Shown in pieces: positions 51,700 through 60,706 of a stretch of 64,000 nucleotides of DNA (position 1 is the stretch's first letter; every line of letters begins with the position of its first letter). The notes beneath the pieces are model-generated. The model was not told the origin of the DNA. It saw nothing but the letters and a program-made list of their open reading frames with translations, and ran no database searches. The stretch covers positions 1,728,001 through 1,792,000 of the forward strand of contig OY762964.1 of assembly GCA_963667035.1 (NCBI GenBank), in the 5' to 3' direction. Source of the stretch: Candidatus Cloacimonadales bacterium. Its GTDB lineage: Bacteria > Cloacimonadota > Cloacimonadia > Cloacimonadales > JAFGVF01. The position numbers were made by a program, and so were the translations under genes.

Positions 51700-51794
51700 T
51701 GGCAGAGAGGGCAGGGATCGAACCTGCCACTGACGGGTTTAAACGCCAACTACCGGTTTTGAAGACCGGCTGAACCACCAGATTCTTCCTCTCT
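51700..51794 (-). tRNA. selC: tRNA-Sec (anticodon UCA)
   Basis: AGAGAGG AA GAATC-TGGT-GGTTC A GCCGGT-CTTCAAA-ACCGGT, long variable arm, GCAGG-TTCGATC-CCTGC, CCTCTCT-G-CCA. Confidence 0.92.
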
Positions 51795-52020
51795 ACAGCC
51801 TTTGATAGTTGTCTTATTGGTTTAGTCAACCCTTTTTTATTGTTATTAAGTACATAAGAGTAAAATTGACTCGTACTGGGCTTATTAGGAGTAACATGAG
51901 TTATAAGAAGAAAAATCATATTTCATATATTTAGGTATATCTTCACAATGTCATTAAGTCCACTAAGTTTGATTTTTAATAAACAAACAAAACAACGACA
52001 AACTTGGTATTTTATTTGTT

Positions 52021-52264
52021 CAGCAACTCTGGAGAGTTGCAGTACAATTGGACGACATCGTCTTCGTCGATGTTGAACTAACGCTGGCAATTCGCTCCTA
52101 AATCCTTTACTTATCCTGAAGGGATAACCTAATACTAGCCATAGGTTTTAACCTATGGTACCGGGTACGCGAGCCTCCAGCTCGCATTAGGAGATGCAGG
52201 CATCCTGCCGGCGTACTAATCGCAGTGCGAGTGCCCTCACTTGCACATAGCTCGAAGAACTATA
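52021..52264. repeat. Cluster of REP-like palindromes (locus 2)
   Basis: Same hairpin modules as 29.15-29.59 kb; 52111-52264 is collinear with 54190-54342. Confidence 0.85.
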
Positions 52265-53815
52265 CTACTTCATCAATAGCATCTTATTACTTCTCTGTTC
52301 ATTCTCCGTCTTTACAACGGAGAGATATACTCCGGTTGCAACAGTATTATTCTCATTATCAGTTCCATTCCAAACAATTGAATGCTCACCTTTTGCTTGG
52401 AATTCTGAGATAAGAGTATTAATCAATTGCCCTTTTAAATTATAAATGCTTATTTCTACTTCACCTGATTCAGGAATGTTGTACAAGATAGTTGTTTCAG
52501 GGTTAAAAGGGTTGGGGTAATTAGTCACAGTTATGGATTTATTAGGAACTAAATCTGTTTCAGATATAGGTGATGTAACTTCAAAATCAAAAAGTTTCAT
52601 TGCCATCCCTTGTGAAACAGCAATATGGTTATTAAACATAAACATTAGTGCTGAATTAAAAATGTTAAGTGAGCCTGAATCATAAGTATGGACATGGTTC
52701 ATATTTCTATCAAGAACATAAAAGCAATTGCCTAAATCCTGTGTGTCAACAAGGGTAATAAGATAATCATCTATGCATAGAATGTAATCACTGATGAAAG
52801 GGAGTGATTCTGAGCTCTGACTATAACTCCAATCTGCTCCATTATAGATGTATCTTGCTAAGTTAATAGTAGACCAATGTTCAGGTTCTTTGTAAAAAGC
52901 TACAAACTCAGTGTCAGATACTTTGCAAGGACTATTGAACAAGCACCAATAATCTAAAGTTGATATTACTAGCTCATCACTAGTAGCAAAAACGATTGAG
53001 ATTGGGTCACATGGGTCATACAAATCACCGACTTTTTGACTATACAAAGTCCCATTTGCTAAATCAAAGCGATGGTGCAAGCCAATAGAAGCAGCATTCC
53101 AATCAATATCAGGTGAATCTTGGGTATGTTCAGTAACAATGGTCATATCTTCGTCAAAAATTGTTAATCCCGTATCTACATAAGTTGTGTCTACTCCAAC
53201 ACCTTTTAAGTATAAATGTGCATTAAACTTGTACATTTCTGTGTATCTATTACGTCTTGTTAGATAGTTTACCTGTCCAGTATCAAAATCGTATATATAA
53301 AACTCTCTATACCAATCCAGAATGCTTGCAGCATCTCTATTGATATCCCATACAACAATCGTTGATTCATTCGGTGATACACTATAACTAATATTATCCC
53401 CAAAAGCCTGAATATCTATCGTTCCGGTAAGTTGATTAAAATTTTCCAATCTTAGTACATATTTATCATGGGATGATTCGTCTTGTAATACAGCATGAAC
53501 TGTATTACTATTAGATAACCGAATAATCCTGAAGTTAGAACTCCACTGACTTGTTACCGAGTAAGAAAAAATAGCTGTAACCGGTGAGAATTCAAACTGT
53601 GAGTTTAGTGAATAGTGATAAAATGTACAAACTCCATCTTCAATAATTCGGTTATAAAAATGAGCCGAACTATCAGTTTCACATTCGTAAATATAATCCA
53701 TATAGCCCATAGGGCTTTCAATTGAACCTATCTCAGTAAATGAATAATGAGGGACTTGAGCAAACAATGGAATCATTGCATATAACATAAAACAGAGTAC
53801 TAAAGCTTTTAACAT
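52265..53815 (-). CDS. Secreted protein with FlgD-like/T9SS-type-A-like C-terminal domain
   Basis: ATG at 53815 after GGAGG; signal peptide; ends NYPNPFNPETTI...WNGTD...TGVY...KMLLMK. Confidence 0.8.
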   Translation of the reverse strand: MLKALVLCFMLYAMIPLFAQVPHYSFTEIGSIESPMGYMDYIYECETDSSAHFYNRIIEDGVCTFYHYSLNSQFEFSPVTAIFSYSVTSQWSSNFRIIRLSNSNTVHAVLQDESSHDKYVLRLENFNQLTGTIDIQAFGDNISYSVSPNESTIVVWDINRDAASILDWYREFYIYDFDTGQVNYLTRRNRYTEMYKFNAHLYLKGVGVDTTYVDTGLTIFDEDMTIVTEHTQDSPDIDWNAASIGLHHRFDLANGTLYSQKVGDLYDPCDPISIVFATSDELVISTLDYWCLFNSPCKVSDTEFVAFYKEPEHWSTINLARYIYNGADWSYSQSSESLPFISDYILCIDDYLITLVDTQDLGNCFYVLDRNMNHVHTYDSGSLNIFNSALMFMFNNHIAVSQGMAMKLFDFEVTSPISETDLVPNKSITVTNYPNPFNPETTILYNIPESGEVEISIYNLKGQLINTLISEFQAKGEHSIVWNGTDNENNTVATGVYLSVVKTENEQRSNKMLLMK

Positions 53816-54189
53816 ATAAACCTCCAAACAAAATAAATAACTACAATTTATTTGACGAATCATGAATTTATTTTTGTCAAGTTGTTGAGATGAAAATCTC
53901 AAAATGACTATTATTTCTACATAAAAAGTTAAATGTGGTGAATTCAATCTTAATAGATGAACCCGTTAGTGTTTTGAAAAGAAGAATCTTATTCTTTTAA
54001 ATACCTTCTACCGTATTACAAATTTCAATTACTAAATTATATGTAATTAATTTCAATGTCAATCTTTTATATTTCTTCTTATTTGTAGGTTAAATATTTA
54101 ATGATATTCTTGCTAATAACTGTTATTGTTTATCAATCTATCCAGACCTAATTGCCATGGGAATGTAATACTTTAAATATATTGCACTA

Positions 54190-54342
54190 TGTCCTGGAGG
54201 GATAACCTCATACTAGACATGGGTTTTAACCCATGGTACCGGGTACGCAAGCTTCCAGCTCGCATTAGGAGATGCCGACAGGATGCCGGCGTACCAATCG
54301 TAGTGCGAGTACCCTCACTTGCACATAGCTCGAATAGATATA
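54190..54342. repeat. Cluster of REP-like palindromes (locus 3)
   Basis: Near-duplicate of 52111-52264. Confidence 0.85.
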
Positions 54343-56397
54343 CTACTTCATTAAAAGCATCTTATTACTTCTCTGTTCCCGCTCCGTTTTCACAACCGTG
54401 AAGTATACACCGGTTGCTACAGTCCTATTATGCTCATCGGTTCCATCCCATTTAAGAATATAGCCTCCTTGGGATTTGTAGCCTTTATAGAGTTGTTTTA
54501 CTCTTTGTCCTCTGATATTGAAGATACTAACCTCTACTTCTCCACTCTCAGGTATGGAATAACTAATAGTAGTTGAAGGATTAAAAGGATTGGGGAAGTT
54601 CGTAACTTTAATATTAGATACTTGAGGGGACACTTCATATTCATCCGTGTAGGTTGTATTTGGCATTAAATAGATATCAGCTTCATTCCAGGTATAAATT
54701 GAGCTAACACGTCTAGTTACATTTGTCGAGTCGTAGAATACTCTTTGTACAACAAAGTCATACATTCCGTGAACTAAGGGTAGTTCAAAATATCCGGTAC
54801 TATCACTGACAACAAACTGACTATAATCCTCGGCATTATGAATAAGTACATAAGGTACTATCTCTTCATTTCCAAGACACTTTCTTGTATAACCTCTGAT
54901 TCCTCCTAAAGCAGGTGCTCCATATTCATAAGGACCAATATCAGGTTGAGCAATTCCATCACCATCTCCATCCCAGAATCGTTCAGTAAATCCTCCTGCA
55001 TAGTTACACCAGTTTAAGGTATCTACCCAACATCCGGCATCTATTGCCGGTGAATCCGGTGCAGGCCTGAAATCTCTTCCTTCATAATCTACAAAGAGAT
55101 TTGCTATACTATCAGGATCTACATATATGTTACCACCAAGGTCAATCATATTATCACCGGTAATCGGAAAATCTACAATACAGTTTTTGAATGTTGCAGC
55201 ATAACTCTGATGTATAATATTGATAGGATTTAATGCCCCAACAATAATATTATTTGTATAATTTCCTAAATTTACAACACCGTATTCACAATCAACAGAC
55301 AAATTGTTTGAGCCCCATAAACTATTATATAAAGAAGCATAAATACCAATATAATCATAAGTAACATTGTTTGATAATTGTCCTGATGTAGATGCAAACA
55401 TTGTGCTATTGTTTGTATTATTAATAAAATCACTACCCATTCCTGTTCTTTCAGAAACATCTTCAAAATAATTGTCAATTACATGGACTTCTCCTCCATA
55501 TATTGAATCAAATCCACCAATAAACTTATTAGATCTTATATAGGCTTCATCAAAAATTCTAAGAGCTTGATGAGAATCAATAAACTCATTCTTATATACA
55601 AAATTGTAATTGTCATAAAGACGAAAATTATAGTTAGTTGCATCCGTAGAGTTAAATGTGTTGAATGCTACTATGTTGCTATGCAAAGTTGAGCGAAAAT
55701 GATTTAAAAATTCATTATTTGCTACTAATCCACCATATACCTTGTAGTTTTCCCAAAATATTAACATTGCTTCATTTGCATAAGGAATATCAGTATAAAT
55801 TACTTCGTCAGTTGATTCAAATTTATTGTCAGTTATTTCTATCTGTTTATCGTGACATACACTCCAGACTGCTCCCCAACAATTGTAAAAACTACAGTGG
55901 TTAACAATTAAATTTGAACCGTTCCCCTCAATTGCACCGCCTAAAGTATAGCCTATTCCCATACCGGTTCTGGAAGTATACTCAAATCTACAATATCTGA
56001 ACACTCCCATATTACTCTCATAATCTAAGTAAATGTTACCCCAAAAAGTCTTATAACTACCGTTCATTCTTGTGAACAAGATGGGATTTTCTTCTGTTCC
56101 CTCGGCAATTATATTACCGTGACACCATATAATTTTACCGTCATTATTACCTCCATTGTAATGATAACCGGAATTTAGTTCTTCAATATTTAAAATGCGT
56201 CTTGAATTAACATAAATCTCAGTACCGGGTAGGATAGTCAAAGTTGCACCCTCATTAATAATCAGATTATTAGTAATTTGAACCGGATTATCAGTTGGAC
56301 TCCAGATTGTATCCTGAGTCATTACTCCACCGATTTGTATTGATGATAAGCTGATTATTAATGAAAAGAGTATTAATGATAATGCCAATCTTTTCAT
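54343..56397 (-). CDS. Secreted parallel beta-helix protein with FlgD-like C-terminal domain
   Basis: Real start is ATG 56397 (MKRLALS, after GGAGG). GATLTILPGT, AEGTEENPILFT, SPAIDAG...DIGPYE and NFPNPFNP...KMLLMK motifs. Confidence 0.8.
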   Translation of the reverse strand: MKRLALSLILFSLIISLSSIQIGGVMTQDTIWSPTDNPVQITNNLIINEGATLTILPGTEIYVNSRRILNIEELNSGYHYNGGNNDGKIIWCHGNIIAEGTEENPILFTRMNGSYKTFWGNIYLDYESNMGVFRYCRFEYTSRTGMGIGYTLGGAIEGNGSNLIVNHCSFYNCWGAVWSVCHDKQIEITDNKFESTDEVIYTDIPYANEAMLIFWENYKVYGGLVANNEFLNHFRSTLHSNIVAFNTFNSTDATNYNFRLYDNYNFVYKNEFIDSHQALRIFDEAYIRSNKFIGGFDSIYGGEVHVIDNYFEDVSERTGMGSDFINNTNNSTMFASTSGQLSNNVTYDYIGIYASLYNSLWGSNNLSVDCEYGVVNLGNYTNNIIVGALNPINIIHQSYAATFKNCIVDFPITGDNMIDLGGNIYVDPDSIANLFVDYEGRDFRPAPDSPAIDAGCWVDTLNWCNYAGGFTERFWDGDGDGIAQPDIGPYEYGAPALGGIRGYTRKCLGNEEIVPYVLIHNAEDYSQFVVSDSTGYFELPLVHGMYDFVVQRVFYDSTNVTRRVSSIYTWNEADIYLMPNTTYTDEYEVSPQVSNIKVTNFPNPFNPSTTISYSIPESGEVEVSIFNIRGQRVKQLYKGYKSQGGYILKWDGTDEHNRTVATGVYFTVVKTEREQRSNKMLLMK

Positions 56398-56464
56398 TGA
56401 ACCTCCAACATATAAGTAATTATCTCTTATTACAGGAGTTGACATATATTCAAAATTGTATAAG

Positions 56465-56918
56465 TCTCCATCGCTACATACAATCATTACATCCTCTACT
56501 CCACGCTTCCGTAAATCTCTAAAAATATGACTCCAAGTATTTGAACTTTCAACTTCATGTACCCATAATCCAAGAGATTCTTTCTTGCCTTCCATTGTTA
56601 GACCTATAATTGAGTATAAGGCTTTATTTACTATACTACCATAACTCGCTAAAACATGTAGCCAGTAAACACTACAAAGCAATATGTAGAGATCTTAGAA
56701 AGATATATCAAGCAGATACTGAAGACAAAAGGAGCTCTGCCAAATATAGAAGCATTAGAAAGACTGGCTTATCTAAGGACAAAAGACCTTATGGAGAATA
56801 GGTGGAATAGTGCATATCCGAACTGGTTAATCATAAGAAATGAATTAATGACTTGCTTTAAAAGGCTAGGAAAATATGAGTTAGTATAAATCAATTTACA
56901 CACTTTTTAGAATACTCT
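56465..56918. pseudogene. Degraded IS256-family transposase fragments and terminal repeat
   Basis: Minus strand: NKALYSIIGLTMEGKKESLGLW...DLRKRGVEDVMIVCSDG. Plus strand: NSLKHVASKHYKAICRDLRKIYQA. IR-like TTTACACACTTTTTAGAATACTCTC near 56894-56918. Confidence 0.75.
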
Positions 56919-57029
56919 CCATCTTTTTATATACTTTCCATGCACTTCGTACATGGCTACTCACATTTAATCCCTCTGGGATTAGCAAAATGAATCCCTA
57001 ATCAATTATATAGTAGCTGAATAACCTCC

Positions 57030-57055
57030 ACCGGGTACGCGAGCTTCCAGCTCGC
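57030..57055. repeat. Single REP-like hairpin next to the CRISPR array
   Basis: ACCGGGTACGCGAGCTTCCAGCTCGC, the same module as at loci 1-3. Confidence 0.8.
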
Positions 57056-57063
57056 TTTTGCTT

Positions 57064-57249
57064 GTTTCAATCCTTGATTTAATGGATAGTTGGTAAATAA
57101 CTCCACAAGCAGACGGACTTGACGATTAGTAGATAAGTTTCAATCCTTGATTTAATGGATAGTAGGTAAATAACACATATTTTGGATTGGTGGACATTGG
57201 GACGATGCTGTGTTTCAATCCTTGATTTAATGGATAGTAGGTAAATAAC
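57064..57249 (-). CRISPR. Orphan CRISPR mini-array: 3 x 38-bp repeats, 2 spacers (35 and 37 bp)
   Basis: Repeats at 57064-57101, 57137-57174 and 57212-57249. Minus-strand repeat GTTATTTACCTACTATCCATTAAATCAAGGATTGAAAC. The 57064 copy has one mismatch (trailer); AT-rich leader lies beyond 57250. Confidence 0.9.
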
Positions 57250-57738
57250 TCATATTCTCACGTATATATTTAAATATCAGATAATTACAAAAAAATCTCA
57301 GAACTGAATATCTGATAAAATCATATGTGTAGATGCATAAAATACATCGAAATTTGCTTCTCGGGAACACGTAAACACTCTATAATAAAGGGCAAAGAGC
57401 AGATTTCTATCAATTAAGCAATAATTTTGCCTCAGGAAAGATAAAATCAATTTAATATTTATTTCCTAATCAGTAATTGTCAATCAAAATATATTGTTAA
57501 AACATGCTCTTCCGAATTGTTCTGTCCTGAAATAGTTACTCTAATCTGAATTAATGGGAGGTACCTATTTAACCGATTAACTGCATTTTTATCAAGTATA
57601 TAACCCATAAAGACATCGGTCTCTATTGATGATATTATATCTTGTAGTTTACGTAGTATTTTTCTTGGTAAAACTTTGACCTCCCTAGGATGGATACTTT
57701 TAAGGGTGACTCGCTACCGGCAGGATGCCGGCGTGCCA

Positions 57739-57985
57739 ATCGTAGTGCATTTATACCTCTAAGATCTTGCTATTCCCCTATTATCACCCACTATTATCAT
57801 CCTTCTACCATCCTTTAGGGCGACTTCTAAAGACATTGGAACCGAATTGGATCCACCAAGGAGCCTCCTTGGACCCTCCTTGGCGAAGGCCAAAGTTGTC
57901 CACATCGTGTGGATAACTTTCGCCATAGAATTTCTTTGGTTTTTAACAGTATTGCAGAAGGGGCGTAACAGGTTCACGACCATGT
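57739..57985. repeat. ~245-bp dispersed repeat, copy 2
   Basis: Matches 29586-29831; preceded by a REP hairpin (57715-57736) and the inverted IS-end-like module. Confidence 0.9.
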
Positions 57986-58001
57986 GGGAGATAAAGATAG
58001 A

Positions 58002-58212
58002 TATATCGTCCTGAATAAAGTAGACACATTGAGAAATGAGAAAAATTAAAGGTTTACAAAAAATGAAACAAAAAACAGTATTATGCTATAGTGAAGTATT
58101 TAAACGCAAAGTAGTTAAAGAAATTGAAGATGGAGTCCTAACTATCTCCCAAACAAGAGCTATTTACCGCATAGTAGGCTACTCTACTCTTCGACTCAGG
58201 ATTGAAGAGTAA
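58002..58212 (+). pseudogene. IS3-family left end and truncated OrfA (HTH) remnant
   Basis: IR-like TATCGTCCTGAATAAAGTAGACAC; ORF 58036-58212 reads YSEVFKRKVVKEIEDGVLTISQTRAIYRI; no OrfB follows. Confidence 0.65.
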
Positions 58213-58339
58213 AAGATCGCATAGGAAGGACGGGGCAGCATGATCGGTCCGAACAAATGTTGAATAATACTATCTCTTTACGACTAAATGTTTGACATTA
58301 TATTCATTAAAAGATAATTTTGTCTAAACTGGAGGTGTT

Positions 58340-58630
58340 ATGGAAGAAAATAAGAATTTTGTGAATGAAGATCAACAAGTTATTCTCAATGAAGGTTATG
58401 CAAAAACTATAAGTGTAGGAGAGTGGATTTGGACTCTAATACTTATGGCAATACCACTAGCGAATATTATAGTGCTAATTGTGTGGTCATTTGATGAATC
58501 AACTAACAAAACAAAATCTAATTGGGCAAGAGCTCAACTTATATTGCTAGCCATAGGAGCAATCATTTATACAGCCTTTTGGGTACTGTTTGGGGCAGCA
58601 ATCTTCGATATATTGTCGACGTATAGTTAA
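58340..58630 (+). CDS. Small hypothetical membrane protein
   Basis: SD GGAGG; ISVGEWIWTL..IP.ANII...W.F....NKTKSNWARA pattern. Confidence 0.75.
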   Translation: MEENKNFVNEDQQVILNEGYAKTISVGEWIWTLILMAIPLANIIVLIVWSFDESTNKTKSNWARAQLILLAIGAIIYTAFWVLFGAAIFDILSTYS

Positions 58631-58640
58631 AACTTAAAAT

Positions 58641-58669
58641 AAAAAAGGGGATGCGAAAGCATCCCTTTT
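58641..58669. terminator. Bidirectional terminator
   Basis: A tract, GGGATGC-GAAA-GCATCCC stem, T tract. Confidence 0.85.
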
Positions 58670-58687
58670 ATAATAGATACAAATCAA

Positions 58688-58960
58688 TTATTTAACAGCT
58701 TCTTTAAGCTTAGCACCTGCTTTAAATACCGGAACTTTCTTTGCAGGTATTTTAATTTTTTTCTTGGTTTGTGGATTAACACCTGTACGAGCAGGACGTT
58801 CTTTTACTGAGAAAGTACCGAATCCGATGAGAGTCACTTTGTCACCGGCTTCAAGAGTTGTTTGAATACCTTCTAAAACGGAATTCAAAGCTGTAGTTGC
58901 AACTTTTTTGGTTACGCCTGTATCTTCGGCGATTTTTTTAATCAATCCTTCTCTACTCAT
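58688..58960 (-). CDS. hup: HU family DNA-binding protein
   Basis: GFGTF, R.ARTGVNPQT and P.FKAG..LK.AV motifs. Confidence 0.93.
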   Translation of the reverse strand: MSREGLIKKIAEDTGVTKKVATTALNSVLEGIQTTLEAGDKVTLIGFGTFSVKERPARTGVNPQTKKKIKIPAKKVPVFKAGAKLKEAVK

Positions 58961-59277
58961 TTTTTCCTCCTTCGTTTATAAAGTCATAGCAGATAGGCTA
59001 ATAATAAAAAACAAGATAAATAATTATTTGTCAATACAAATCTGCGTAATTACCCATAAAATAAGCAGATATGATATTCCCAAGCAAGTAATACGGCTAT
59101 TTAATGTAAAGCTAAATCATTGATAATCAATTAAATGAGATAAATAGATTTGATAGTTTATATAAGTTAATTTTTTTTAAATTATTTTCTCACAGTAAGA
59201 TAAACTCGCACTATAAGTGCTGATTTAGTGATTGACTTTATTCTTTAATCTGAGTTTTTGGTTTGCAGGAGATTAAT

Positions 59278-59955
59278 ATGAAAGCTGTAATTTTTGATCT
59301 TGATGGAACTTTAGTTGACTCGATGGGAGTCTGGTTGAATGTTGATAAAGTTTTCTTGGGAAAGCGTGGAATAGAAGTCCCTAAAGATTTGTTTGATTCT
59401 GTACCTAACGGGAATAGTTATTCAGGATTAGCACAACACTTTAAAGACAGATTCAATCTTCCCGATACTATCGAGGAGATTATGCAGGAATGGACTGATA
59501 AGGTTTATGAGCTTTACGATACTGAAATAAAACTAAAACCGGGAGCAATGGAAGTACTTAGATTTCTTTCTTCGCTAAATATACCTATGGCTATCGGGAC
59601 AAGCAATTCAACTGAACTTGCAGAGCTCACATTGAAGCGAAACGGTATTCATAGCTTTTTTGAACACATTCAAACCGGTAGTAATGTTATTAAAGGAAAA
59701 CCTCATCCTGATATCTATCTTGAAGCAGCTAGAAGACTTGGAGTTAATCCCGAAGATATTGTTGTGGTTGAAGATACTATTGCCGGAGTACAAGCGGGAA
59801 ATAGTGCAGGGATGACAACTTACGGTATCTATGATAAATGGGCAGAACATGAGCATAGTATGATAAAAGAGGAAGCCGACATGTTTGTCCCAAATCATTT
59901 TGAGCTTTTAAGGCAGTTTCAATTAGTATTTATGAAAAACAATATAGAGGTTTAA
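59278..59955 (+). CDS. HAD-family phosphatase
   Basis: FDLDGTLVDS, GKPHPDIY and VVED motifs. Confidence 0.9.
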   Translation: MKAVIFDLDGTLVDSMGVWLNVDKVFLGKRGIEVPKDLFDSVPNGNSYSGLAQHFKDRFNLPDTIEEIMQEWTDKVYELYDTEIKLKPGAMEVLRFLSSLNIPMAIGTSNSTELAELTLKRNGIHSFFEHIQTGSNVIKGKPHPDIYLEAARRLGVNPEDIVVVEDTIAGVQAGNSAGMTTYGIYDKWAEHEHSMIKEEADMFVPNHFELLRQFQLVFMKNNIEV

Positions 59956-60645
59956 ATGGAAAACAAGTTAATCATCGTTATCGGTGCTTATGGTAGCGGT
60001 AAAAGTGAATACTCCATTAATCTTGCAAAAGAACTTAATGAAAACAATGATAATGTTGTTCTTGCAGATATGGATGTTGTTAATCCTTATTTTCGAAGTA
60101 GAGACGTGAGAGAAGAGTTTGAGAAAGAAGGTATTGATGTAATTGCTCCGGATGGACAATTCAAGCATGCCGATTTGCCAATGATATCTCCCAGAATTAG
60201 AGGAGCTATTGTAAATACAGCGAAGAATGTGATTCTTGATGTAGGTGGCGATCCGATGGGTTGCAGAACTCTAGGTCGGTTTGTTAGCGATATTAAGAAT
60301 CGTGGATATGAACTTCACCTTGTAATAAACACAAACAGACCTTTCACCTCAAATAAAGATGAAATTCTCGGAATGATGGATATGCTGCAAAAAGCATCAG
60401 GATTGAGAGTAACCGAGTTAGTTTGTAATAGTAATATGATGCAGTTTACAGATGAGAAAGTAGTAAGTGAAGGAATTGAAATCATTCAGGAAGTTGCCGA
60501 TAAATTGGAGTTACCTTTTAAAAAGTATCTCGTATTAAAAGATTTCGATGAAAAGGTTGGAGATGGACTTAAAGGCAAAGAAAAGCACACTATGAAGTAC
60601 TATCTCAAGAAACCTTGGGATACTCTCATAATGAAAGGTATATAG
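59956..60645 (+). CDS. P-loop ATP-binding protein
   Basis: GAYGSGKS, DMDVVNPYFRSR, DVGGD and N.NRPFT motifs. Confidence 0.8.
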   Translation: MENKLIIVIGAYGSGKSEYSINLAKELNENNDNVVLADMDVVNPYFRSRDVREEFEKEGIDVIAPDGQFKHADLPMISPRIRGAIVNTAKNVILDVGGDPMGCRTLGRFVSDIKNRGYELHLVINTNRPFTSNKDEILGMMDMLQKASGLRVTELVCNSNMMQFTDEKVVSEGIEIIQEVADKLELPFKKYLVLKDFDEKVGDGLKGKEKHTMKYYLKKPWDTLIMKGI

Positions 60646-60657
60646 ATTTATAAAAAC

Positions 60658-60688
60658 AAGAAGGGACTTGCGATTGCAAGTCCCTTCT
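60658..60688. terminator. Hairpin terminator between convergent genes
   Basis: GAAGGGACTTGC/GCAAGTCCCTTC stem. Confidence 0.75.
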
Positions 60689-60706
60689 CCTATTTACATA
60701 GAAATA

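Noticed and set aside
51690..51919. ORFs overlapping tRNA-Sec (51686-51919 and the N-terminal extension of 50598-51749)
   Set aside because: They are translations of the tRNA gene.
52265..54620. Diversity-generating retroelement (TR/VR pair) or integron
   Set aside because: No reverse transcriptase or integrase is present, differences between the copies are not adenine-specific, and no attC GTTRRRY structure was recognised.
56398..56682. Transposase-secreted protein fusion (779-aa ORF)
   Set aside because: A strong SD, ATG and signal peptide at 56397 mark the real start; the upstream in-frame IS256 fragment is fortuitous.
51795..58260. Genomic island integrated at selC
   Set aside because: The accessory DNA is on the 5' side of the tRNA; no integrase and no duplicated tRNA 3' end were seen.
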